From: Gordius albopunctatus
Lineage: Eukaryota
Assembly: GCA_964276515.1 (NCBI GenBank)
Contig: OZ193909.1
Location: forward strand, 13,578,001 to 13,642,000
Direction of reading: 5' to 3'
DNA length: 64,000 nt
In this document: positions 1 to 11,700 of the stretch, in pieces
How positions within the stretch are numbered: position 1 is the stretch's first letter
Layout of the letters: every line of letters starts with the position of its first letter
Notes under the pieces: model-generated
Told to the model about the DNA's origin: nothing
The model's input: only the letters and a program-made list of their open reading frames with translations
The model's database searches: none
Program-made: the position numbers and the translations under genes

Positions 1-802
1 CGGCAAACGTTGTTTTGCTATATATATTATTTCTAGAAAACACTATAAGTGATGTGCATGCTCATCGTTATGCCTCTATCATATAATGAGCGATTAATAT
101 ATAATTGTCTTATGGGAAATAATTCACGCTAAATACAAAATATAAACAGATAAAGCAAATTACTTAACATCAAATTTTTTTTTCTTTTCTTTACACATTT
201 TGCCTATATAAATATACTGTCAAATAAATTAATACATGCCTAAAGAATTATTTAATTTTTAAATTGCCACAAATTTGTTTTTTATTAAGGGTGCTAAAAA
301 CTTTTTTTGGTCCTACCGCAAAATCACGATTCTGGCAAATGGCCGTTTTTGGGCTTCAATCAAAATCCCAACCCGCCCTGAAAATCGGTTTTATTTTTAA
401 GCCTGAACATATTTTAGCGCGTCCAGCTTTTCTCTTATTTGGGCAAACTACAATTCCGCTTACATCAGCTTAGAAACTTTAGGTATATCATTGCCCGCCA
501 ACAGAGCCTTATTGCAATAGCGTCTCATTGTTATCATGTTTTGCTGATATATTGTGTAGTTTAAGCCAACAGGTACCATTATAGACGTAGCCCGACCATT
601 TAACCTCAATTTTCCTTCCTTTAATTTTACTATTGCTGAAATTGCATAGAAAATGAATGCTCCCAATCCAATACGAATTTGAAGCGCCTAATAAGGTCAC
701 ACAAAGACAGCAAGTAGACAGGGTTTAAGGGGCGGAGCCCCTTGAGTAAGGTTTAGAGGGGCAGCCCCAGTCGGGGTACAGGGGCGAAGCCCTTTGTTTG
801 AA

Positions 803-1170
803 TCTTCTTCTTCTTCTATCAGTTATTTGGTCCCACGGTCGTGGGGTTTGTTTTGATAAGTTTCTTGCATCTTGACTGGGTGAGTGCCATGTCTTGACTA
901 CTCTTTAGTTTTCATAACTTTATCGCCTTGCCCGTTCCATGTGACACGGGGTCGTCCTCTTCCTCTCTGTCATTCGTGTCCCCCTTAGTATATCTTCATA
1001 CCACCTTAACCGATTTTCGTTAATAATGTCCGCTATAGGTTGAATATTCATTTTTGTCATGAGAAAGTCATTCGTCATATGGTCGAGCTTAGTTTACGCC
1101 AAGCTTCACCGTAGAATTCTCATCTCTGTGGCTTTTATAAGATTTCCTTCCCTTGTGTTTAATGCCGATG
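803..1170 (-). mobile_element. RTE-clade LINE 3' fragment
   Basis: Same 3' end as the 41088-42357 and 37975-40253 copies (GGGACCAAATAACTGATAGAAGAAGAAG tail; RGRGRPR-type C-terminus). Confidence 0.8.
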
Positions 1171-1982
1171 CTTATTAATCAATTTTTAATTCCTTAATTA
1201 ATTTATTATCATAATGTCAAGTTCGACAAAAAATAAGGTTTTTTTAAACTCACTTTGTTGTTCACATGTATTCTTTCACTATTAAATTATTTTAATAATC
1301 CACAGTCCAGGTTTTAAATTCACCATAAAATGACCACTGTCTTACGTAAATTTGTATGAGTAGTTCGGCCCCAGGAGAAAAGCCATTTTTATTTTTGCGC
1401 CCAAATCGATTCCGGATCAACAACATTAATCTCGGTTGTTTCTGAAACATGCGAATATCCCCTAACTTCCTAAACAAATCCTCCTTTTTGTTTAAAATAT
1501 TCCTAGATATACAGCATTAAAAACTGAGATATTATGAGGGGTCGTAAAAAAGCATTGCCCACAAACCTTACCTTGGTCAATAAGCTATCAGTGTACTTAG
1601 ATAATTCATAAAAACCTAAAGCAACCGGTATAAACATGGACGTAGCCAAGCCCTCAAAAATTAAAGTCCGTTTTTCTCCCCTGCTTAAATTGCACATCAA
1701 ATGAAATGTTTTTCAACGAAGTGTAGAAGAGTTTAGGTTAAAGGTTTTCAAAAAACAACACGGGGCCCGGGGGCGCTACCTAACACCAAATAACCGAGGA
1801 CAATAACCTTGTTAGGAGTTAGGGGCGGAGCCCTTCTTAGAGGTCCGAAGAACTGAGTATATCAACATTTATTGGCACTTTGTTGAAAGTATTTTCATTT
1901 TTCTCCTTATTTATCGCGCAAAAATGACAAAATGAGATTTTTTAATTTATTTAGCCACGCAGGAGGGGACACGATCGTTCTA

Positions 1983-4383
1983 TAATAAAACTCGGGCCTT
2001 CGGCCCTCGTGGGAAGGGGGAAGGGGAGGAGGGGAAGGAAGGGGGAACTCATCTACACTCCGTATAAATGTATCATATTTGCTATGCAATTTATGGAAAT
2101 ACTTACGTGAATATTGCAAAACGAAGGTTGGAAGCACTAAATAAGTGTATATGCCAAATATCATAAAGGGGGAGAGAGGGAGCGAAGGGGAAGCTTTATG
2201 GTTAGTTAAATTCAACGGGAGTTGTATTACCAAAAAGTCATAATAGCAATGGTAGGAACAGGAACAATCATAATAGTCAAAAAAACGAAAAAAAAATTTT
2301 CGAATCACATTTTGGCCAAAGGTCATTTTTTCCATTGGTCAGCAGCCAGGACACGGTAAAAGTGGATATAAATTCATAATAGTCAAAAAAAAACAAAAAA
2401 AAAGTTTTCGAATCACATTTTGGCCAATGGTTATTTTATTCCATTGGTCAGCAGCCAGCGGACGGCCAAAAAGTCATAATAGCAATGGTAGGAACAGGAA
2501 CAATCATAATAGTCAAAAAAACGAAAAAAAAATTTTCGAATCACATTTTGGCCAAAGGTCATTTTTTCCATTGGTCAGCAGCCAGGACACGGTAAAAGTG
2601 GATATAAATTCATAATAGTCAAAAAAAAACAAAAAAAAAGTTTTCGAATCACATTTTGGCCAATGGTTATTTTATTCCATTGGTCAGCAGCCAGCGGACG
2701 GCCAAAAAGTCATAATAGCAATGGTAGGAACAGGAACAATCATAATAGTCAAAAAAAACGGAAAAAATAATTTCGATTCACATTTTGGCCAATGGTCATT
2801 TTTTTCCATTGGTCAGCAGCCAGGACACGGTAAAAGTGGATATAAATTCATAATGTTCAAAAAAAAACGAAAAAAAAATTTTCGAATCACATTTTGGCCA
2901 ATGGTCATTTTATTCCATTGGTCAGCAGCCAGCGGGCGGCCAAAAAGTCATAATAGCAATGGTAGGAACAGGAACAATCATAATAGTAAAAAAAACGGAA
3001 AAAATAATTTCGATTCACATTTTGGCCAATGGTCATTTTTTTCCATTGGTCAGCAGCCAGGACACGGTAAAAGTGGATATAAATTCATAACAGTCAAAAA
3101 AAAACGAAAAAAAAATTTTCGAATCACATTTTGGCCAATGGTCATTTTATTCCATTGGTCAGCAGCCAGAGGACGGCCAAAAAGTCATAATAGCAATGGT
3201 AGGAACAGGAACAATCATAATATTCAAAAAAAACGAAAAAATAAACTCGGATACACATTTTGGCCAATGGTCATTTTTTTCATTGGTCAGCAGCCAGCGG
3301 ACGGCCAAAAAGTCTTATTATCATTGATAGTAACAAGAACAATCATAAGAGTCAAAAAAAAACTCCGGGATTCTAACCCAAAAACTAGATAAATTGCATA
3401 GCAATTATTAAAAAGTATAGGGTAATTATCAATGTTAACCTATTAAAAAACGAACAAAAAATTTTGATTTATTTGGCCAATGGTAATTTTTTTCAATTAT
3501 CAATGGTAACTTATTCAAAAAGGAAAAACGAAAAATTAGGATTTATTTGGCCAATGTTCATTTTTTCATTGGTCAGTAGCCAGCGGACGGTCAAAAAGTC
3601 ATATTATCAATGGTATTAACAAGAACAAAATATTAAATTAATTAAAAAAATAAAAATTTTGCCCTCTCCGGGATTCGAACCCACATTAAATAGAGGCATA
3701 AGCCTTTGGAGGGGAACAGGGAACCATATAAATAGAGCCATAGGCCCTTGTAGGGGAGGGCATAGGGTAATTATCAATGTTAAACTATTCAAAAACGAAA
3801 AATTAAAAATTTCGATTTATCTGGCAAGTGGTCATTTTTTCATTGGTCAGTAGCCTGCGGACGGTCAAAAATTCATATTATCAATGGTATTAACAAGAAC
3901 AATATATTAATTTAATTTAAAAAAAATAAAAATTTTTGTCCTCTCCGGGTCTCGAACCATCAATTTAGAACGTTCGCAGGGATTCAAACCCACATTAAAT
4001 AGAGGCATAAGCCTTTGGAGGGGAACAGGGAACCATATAAATAGAGCCATAGGCCCTTGTAGGGGACGGCATAGGGTAATTATCAATGTTAAACTATTCA
4101 AAAACGAAAAATTAAAAATTTCGATTTATCTGGCCAGTGGTCATTTTTTCATTGGTCAGTAGCCTGCGGACGGTCAAAAAGTCATATTATCAATGGTATT
4201 AACAAGAAAAAAATATTAATTTAATTTAAAAAAAAAAAAAATTTTGTCCTCTCCGGGTCTCGAACCCGCAACCTCCAGGTCGGGAAGCTGGTGTAAATAA
4301 CTTGGTAGACGGACGGACGGACGGACGGACGGACGGACGGACGGACAACCAAAAACGAGCCCATAAATTGCATAGCAATTAAT
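1983..4383 (-). mobile_element. Helentron-associated non-autonomous element (HINE/DINE-1-like) with expanded central repeats, possibly two tandem or nested copies
   Basis: 18-bp inverted subterminal repeats (TTGCTATGCAATTTATGG 2079-2096 / CCATAAATTGCATAGCAA 4361-4378), (GGAC)n microsatellite near one end, stem-loop CGGGCCTTCGGCCCTCG at the other. An extra end motif occurs at ~3390. Confidence 0.75.
2232..3350. repeat. Tandem array, ~236-bp dimeric unit, ~4.7 copies
   Basis: Unit starts at ~2232, 2468, 2704, 2941 and 3178. Each unit has two related subunits carrying TGGCCAATGG..CCATTGGTCA. Confidence 0.9.
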
Positions 4384-4872
4384 AACAATAAATGACGTGA
4401 GAAATAAGCAAAAAAATGACTTTGATATTTAATGTTTCAAAGCGCGTAAAAAGTTTCCATTTTCCGCAACACATGCCTACTGCATTTATCCGATTACCTA
4501 CACGATAGATACGCAGTACGTCATGAGGTTGCGTTTTAGTGACATTTTATTAAACGTCAAGACGTATAAAACTAAATAACTTGACCGTCTTATGACTTAT
4601 AGATTTGGAATATAGTTATAAACCTAGACTCAGACCTACCAAATATTCGCAGAAATTTCCATCTAAATCGGTCCAGCCGTTTTGGAGGAGTTGAGGACCA
4701 AACACCGTGACACAAGAATTTTATATATTGTTAAAATCGTATACAATAATCTAAATAATATATGGTATAAATATAAGCAAATGTAAATAACTAACTGTAA
4801 ATATTAATACGACTTTATTAAAGTATCAATAATAGCTTACATATAATCTTAGAATAAAATGGGAGTATCGAA

Positions 4873-5510
4873 TAGAGATCTGCACGGGCCGGCCCGGCCT
4901 GCGGACGGGTAAGGACGGGCTTTGTATCATAAAAATTTTAACGGGCCGGGCCCGGACGGGCCTAAAAATTAATGGAACGGGCTCGGGAGGGCCTGAGATT
5001 TTTTTAACGGGCTTGAACGGGCCTGAAGTTTTATAAGTGGGCTTAAACGAACCAGAGATTATATAAAAGGTCTTGGAGTTACAAAGGTGCTTAAACATAA
5101 AACAATTAGAAAAAACAAAAAGTCAATATTTAGATGAAACTATTGAGTTTGAGACAGATTTCGATCTGTTAAAATGGTGGAAAGCCAAAGAGGACAAGTA
5201 TTATATTTAAAATTAATTTTATCCTTTAATAGATATCCTAAATTAGCACATATGATATTATGTATACCGGCTACGAGTGCCACCAGCGAGCGAAATTAAG
5301 AAAGGCGAACTCGCCTAAAACCAGAAATTGTTAATGATTTATTATTTTTACATGATAATTATTGATTTCTTTCTATGAATATGTCAAAAAATTAAATAAA
5401 ATTTTGTGAAATTTTTGATGAATTAGGACGGACGCGGAGTTCGTTTAAAAAATTTTTTAACGGGCTTGGACGGGCCTGAAAAATTTACGGACGGGCTCGG
5501 ACGGGCCTGA
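4873..5510 (+). mobile_element. hAT deletion derivative with transposase C-terminal dimerization-domain remnant
   Basis: TAGAGATCTGCA terminus and ACGGGC subterminal repeats at both ends; encodes DLLKWWKAKEDK|YPKLAHMILCIPATSATSERN...RRTRLKPEIVNDLLFLHDN, with a 35-nt intron at 5198-5232. Confidence 0.8.
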
Positions 5511-5573
5511 ATTGTAATTTATATAAGTCCTTAGAAGGTTTAAACCCTTCATCTCCTTTTCTGCGGTAAATCT

Positions 5574-7104
5574 TGTTAGGACTGGGAATCTTTATTTAGT
5601 ACAGGTTTCGAAGCGATACAATAATAGAAAGTGAGTAAAACGTATATATCAACGCATATATAAGTTACAACCAATTAACGATAATTTGATTGACAACACA
5701 TCGGTCAATAACGTATCCCCGGATGCACTTTGCACTCCTATTACCTCTCTACAGCCCCCCCCCTTTTCACAGACAAAATCCTTAAGGAATGCTGGCGGTT
5801 TCCGACTACGCTGTGGGTATCTAGTTTTTTCACCAGGCGTTCCTCCCTGGTTTTGAATTTGTTCCCTTGTAGCACTTGTTCCTTGGAGCACTTGTTCCCT
5901 CTTCCCTTTCTGATGATATCCTTTGTGGCCACCCGTTCTCTTGTCCCAGAGTGGTCCAATCCACGATTTTCCGTTTCCTTACTTGATCCACGTGTCGGTG
6001 GTGTCGTAAGAACGACTACCGTGTTTAGCTTTTATCGTGCATTCTACCCATTTGTTTGGACCCAAAAATTGCGTACCCAAACCAAGTATCCTACGTTGAA
6101 CATTCGCGGGTTCCCGGTTTCTACCCATTGTTGGTTTCCCTCAATACCTCCCATTCGGTTCGCATCCGCCTTTTTATCATCAAATCTGCTGGGCTTTTAT
6201 TGGTTGCGGGGTGTTTTATAGATCTGTTGTTTTGCAAAAATCTACTTAGCCCTACTTCCGATTCGTTCCTAATAATGGCTTCTTTAATTAATCGTACATA
6301 CCTTTCTGCCAGACTGTTCGACGGCGGATGGTAAGGGGCTGTTCATCACTGATTAATCCCTCTTATCTTGCAAAAATTCTGTAATTCCTGCCCTTTGAAT
6401 TGTGGACCGTTATCTGATATTAACCATGATGGATTTCCAAATCTAGCAAACGTTTCGGCAAGTTTTTTTTATAATGGTTGTCGATGTGGTGTTTTCTAAT
6501 TTAAACACCTCTACCCATTTTGAGCTATTGTCCACCATCACCAGGTATGACTTACCTTTGAGAGGACCCATGATATCGATATGTACTTGAACCCATGGTC
6601 TATGGCTAGGTTGACACTCTACCAACGGTGCCTTCTTCGCCGCCGCGGCCGTGTAATTGCAATTCCGGCACCCTTTCGCTACGCTCACCATATATACTGC
6701 CATGCCACTTCTTGCATTCGCTTGATACCCACGTGGCCCCTATGTAGTCTTTGGAGTACCGCTCCTCGTAACTTAGCCGGAATTAATATTCGTCGTCCTT
6801 TGTAAAATATTATGTTTTCGGCTTTATGTAACTTTGGCAGGTGTTTTTCGTAGGAGCGTTTTAGACCATACGTGACCATTGTTATGTTTACCTCTAATCC
6901 ACTCCTTTAATTGATGTAGCCCCGGATCATCCAAGGTGTGTTGTCTTCTGTTAGCTGTTATTTTATATTTCTGCATCTCCACGTAGGTTTCACGTCGCCA
7001 TTGTTAGGGCTGGGAATCTTTATTTACTACAGGTTTCGAAGCGATACAATAATAGAAAGTGAGTAAAACTTGTATATCAACGCATATATAAGTTACAACC
7101 AATT
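5574..7104 (-). mobile_element. Internally deleted Ty3/gypsy LTR retrotransposon (integrase remnant only)
   Basis: LTR 5574-5753 (TG..CA) and truncated LTR 7002-7104; PPT (C-run on + at 5755-5763); PBS TGGCGACG at 6993-7000; integrase motifs LHRGHVG, PWVQVHIDIMGP, SDNGPQF, PYHPPSNSLAER with frameshifts. Confidence 0.88.
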
Positions 7105-7106
7105 AT

Positions 7107-7290
7107 GCGAAAAATCGTTCTCATTCCTAGAACGGATTAAAAGTTAGCTTCATTCCACAATTGGACAAGATAGATTATCTTCCTTAGTTTTATTGAGCTT
7201 AGAACATGGCTTTATAAATGTTATTCCCCCGGATGATATTATAAATTCGTTTGCAAAATCGAGTAAAAGGCGTAATGAACTACTATTAAA
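7107..7290 (+). mobile_element. hAT (ZMYM1/THAP12-like) transposase C-terminal remnant
   Basis: EKSFSFLERIKS*LHSTIGQDRLSSLVLLSLEH...DDIINSFAKSSKRR resembles the ERSFS..K..LRSTM.Q.RL C-terminus of this transposase group. Confidence 0.65.
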
Positions 7291-8799
7291 ATACTATTTA
7301 TAATATTTAATGAAGAATTAACTGGGCTTTTAAACTTGTTTTAAACTTTTCAATACTTTCAAAAAATATAAAAATATTATTAAATTTATGGATTCAATTT
7401 AATTGTCCATCTCACATGCTTATTGTTTAACATATCTTGCATATTTTTATGTACCACATGCACATATAAAGCCAATAGTTTTACAAAAAATGGTTTGTAC
7501 ACTATTTTTTCCCGATATTTCATCATAAGTTTGATAAATTAATATTAATAACCAATTCCTGAATTTTATACAAACTTTAACGCATAAAAACTTTCAATTA
7601 TTTTTTTTTATATTTTATGTTATAATTACGCCTTTTGAGGATCACTTTAAAAAATGCTCTCAAATGTTCTCATTGTTTTCCTGATATAAATGCTGCCTGA
7701 ATATGCTTCCAATATTGCACGTGTAAATTAAAATTTGTTATATATATGGCCAAGATTTTGGGGGTTTTGGCAATAATTTTTATAAAAACTTTGTCAAATA
7801 GTTTTTTTAAAACTATTTGTATTATTTTTAAAAATATTCTAAGATTTCTTGTCAATATCCCCGTTCCACTTTGTGCCCTTACAATTCATTTATTCAAAAC
7901 TTATTATACCATGCAAAATTTTCTATATTATTTCAACTACATTACTTTGTTTTATTTATAAATAAATTCTAATGCCCTATAAACATGAGGATCTGAGACA
8001 TACCAGTGTGATGTTATTAGAAAAAATACACAAAGTAGTAGCGGAATTTTATGTTTGTCCTACGTTTATGAGGGAAATATTCTCAATTGCATTTGACCCA
8101 TGGTCGTATGTAGGTGGGGGGGGGGCAAAAAAATTTCCTACAAAAACCTTTAAAAATTCAAAATATTTATGTTCACGGCGGTTACGGGATGTTTTTTATA
8201 GACCTATGTAATCTTAAATGTATTTAATAAATAGAAAAATCATCAAAAATATAATTATGCACCAGCGTGATTTAAAATTTTATCTCACAATTTTTGAAAG
8301 GGGGATGTGGGTATGGAAATGGAGCTTATTGATTATAATTAATTCATCAGATCTTGGTTAAATAAAAATCAAAGTGACATGTTATATTATGAATTCCATG
8401 AATTCTTTTTCAAAAGCATTAACCTTTATTATCTCGTTTAAAATTTTATGGCACAAAGTTTATTAGGCCTGTTATAAATCCAGTTCCTCGGCATTGAGGT
8501 AGTTTCCACATTATTTTGGACATGCAGGGGTTAGATAAACTTCTATAAACTGATGTGCTAAAAATCCATTTTTTCATTTCATACTGTTTTAATGTGCACA
8601 ATTTGCCATAGTAGCCACAAGTTTTTGTTTCATATTATATAGGGCTAGATATGGCACACTATTCTTTGCGTTATTTTTTTACTTGGATTTTTTTGCATAT
8701 CTCTTAGCCAACATCTGATTGGAATCTATCCCTTGTAAAAACCCAGAAAATTTTTTGTATTAAATGGGTATGTGAGCCACATATTAAAATAATAGCAAA

Positions 8800-11700
8800 A
8801 TGAAAACGGGTTTTGCATCATCAATTACTGCAGATCTTTTTAAACGTCAACATGATAATGTAAGCAAAAGTTCAATTGACTATAATATCTTTTAAAGATA
8901 GAGTACAATTTTCCAAGAAAATATCATGTGTCATCAGATTTTATTCAAAGGCTTGGTTTAGAAAAGGAATTGGAGGTAAAATTCTCATAATTTGTTATGT
9001 AAATTAAATATAGGGACACAATGGCTGTGTAAATTGTTTGGAATGGAATACCACTGGGGATATATTAGCAAGTGGTTCAGATGATTTTCATGTTGCTATA
9101 TGGAATCCTTTAAGCCATCAAAAAATATCTATGTTTAAGACCTCTCATCAGGGCAATATATTTTCAATTAAGGTATTTTAATGCAACCTATTTTTATAGA
9201 AATATTTATATGTGTTACCATATTATTTCTATAATTAAATATAAAATTAGTTCCTTCCATCAAGCAATGATGCTATATTGGTTACAGGAGCTGCCGATAA
9301 CTGTGTATCATTGCAAGATATTGAAAGAGGACAAACATTAACCACCTATAAATGCCATTTAGGCAGGGTCAAAAGATTGGCAACTACACGTGCAGAACCC
9401 TACATGATATGGAGTGTCGGCGAAGATGGTGTTGTTATGTAAATACTTGACCATACAAACTATTATTTATAAACATGTGGTTTTTAGAAAAAGAATTTTG
9501 GTGTTTGTAGAATTTGTATTAGTTTTGTAAATAAATTTATATATAAACCTAAATTTTATATAATATATAGGCAATATGACACACGTGAAGCAATACATCA
9601 GCATGGTGCTTCCTGTCCACACGTTCTTATCAATTTAAATACCTTCATGGGTCCTACAGCAGAAGGCAAATGTCTTAACTTAAATCCTGTAAGACCTGAG
9701 TTAATGGCTGTTGGTGCTAATGATCCTTATGTGCGACTATATGATAGGAGAATGCTAACACTGAGAACTGTTAAGGTAAATTTTGTAAGACAAAATAATC
9801 CAGAACATTCTACAATAATTTTGAGGTCAAATTTTATCATCACATGTGATTTACCAATTAAAAGTTTGAAATAACATATGTATCTTTTATGTATCATTGC
9901 ATGATTTAAAAGATACTAAATTTTTAAGATATCATCAAATTTTTATACTCAAATGTTTTTGATGATTAGTTTATTGTTCAAATGTGTCTAACTATGCATG
10001 ATGTTAACAATTTATTTTTATATGCACAATTAGTTCTATATATCTTTTTAAGATTGATATTAATAAACTTTTTAAAATTATATTTTTAATTTGTTCCATA
10101 TTGTAGTATCCCGATAATTGGAGTTCTTATTCGATTTGGGATAAGCAGAACTTATTTGCACTTCTAGGCACTCAAAACCCATCTCAATTTGACATACCTC
10201 TAAAAGCTTCCAGATATTTTATATCAGGTATATAACGCATACTTTTCAATTTAATTACTTATATTAGACTAGAAAATTTCAAATCTGCTTATTGTAAGAT
10301 ATTTTTTAAAGATTTATTTGTTATTAACAAGTCTTCAAAATTTTCCATATTTTGATGATTTCAAATTGTTGATACCGTGAGAGTTCTTTGTTAATAATGG
10401 CAACTAGGAAAATACAAAATTGAACAAGTTGAGATTTAAGCATCCTGGTTATAGCATTTTTCTTAGCTATTTGACACGCCTTGAATCATAATGCTAAGTC
10501 ATAATAATAACAGATTTAATATAAACAATTTAAGATGATTTGGGAAATTGTTTTTAATGGTACCTGAATTAATAAGTAATTTCACTTTGTGTATCTATTA
10601 TCCAGGGGAGATAGGGAGGGGCATCTCCCCCCCACCCGCTAATATACAAAACTTTTAAAATTCATAAAATTTATGGCTAAAATTAGGAAAAATTTTCATT
10701 ATACCTAATTTTTTTTATTGTTAAGGGTTTTTATATTGAAAATTTTTTTGCCCCCCCCCCCCACCTGGCTACTCTCATGGTTTCTAGTGTCGTATTTAAA
10801 TAGTTTGCTAGGTCAAATACCTTAAACTATTTATTTATATTAATTCCTATGCAATTTATGGGCTCGCTTTTTGTTGTCTGTTGTCCGTCCAACATGTATC
10901 TTAATTGTGCTGGTTCGATACCCGGAGATGGCAAATTTTTCTTTAAATAAATTAATATATTATTCTTGTTAATACCATTGATAATATGACTTTTTGACTG
11001 TGTCCTGGCTACTGACCAATGAAAAAAATGACCATTGGCCAAATTGTGATTCGAAATTTTTTTTTCGTTTTTGAATTGGTATTAATCTACTTTGTATAAT
11101 TAAAATGGATTCTAAGGTCACATCCCTTTCCGAGTTGGGGAGTACCGAAAACGGTACCGTACGCTGGCGTGTACCTACGTGACTTTTTCGCCCGACGGCA
11201 GCGAGCTACTCGCCAACCTGGGCGGCGAGCAAATTTACCTTTTCGACGTATCTTCCCGATCCGTGTACTCTCGTGACGATCGCTCATACGCCCAAATCCT
11301 GACCCTTAGGCCGCCTCACCCAGAGGCCCACTCGCCCTCTCAAAAACCGAAGTAATTTGTGAAAAAAATATTTTTATTCGTTCGTTTTGATTATTATTAA
11401 AATAAATTTATTCTGAAAATTTTTATTTGCGTGAAGGATAATGATGATATATAAACAAGAACTTTTCTAAAATAGTCAGTATACCTTATTAATTAATTCA
11501 CTAATAGTTTTCTTTAAAAAATTTGTTTTGTATTTTTTATTTATAACCAACGCTAATTTTTAACTTACTTGATATATCGGGAGGCACACCCCTCTTTGTT
11601 TTCCCCCTTGCTCATGGTAAGTTTATATTTTTAATAGATGAGCGGTTTCATATTAAAAAATATTATATTATATCCTTCAAATCACTCTCAAACAATAAAA

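Noticed and set aside
728..795. Clustered GGGGCGGAGCCCC hairpins as a structured ncRNA
   Set aside because: The motif recurs at ~1820 and resembles rolling-circle transposon stem-loops; no other support for an RNA gene.
2232..3392. CRISPR-like array, or protein-coding ORFs 2721-3392 and 1907-2335
   Set aside because: The units are near-identical with no unique spacers, no cas genes are present and the context is eukaryotic. The ORFs are by-products of the tandem repeat.
4245..4297. Functional tRNA gene
   Set aside because: No recognisable D-arm/A-box or paired acceptor stem; embedded in a repeat family.
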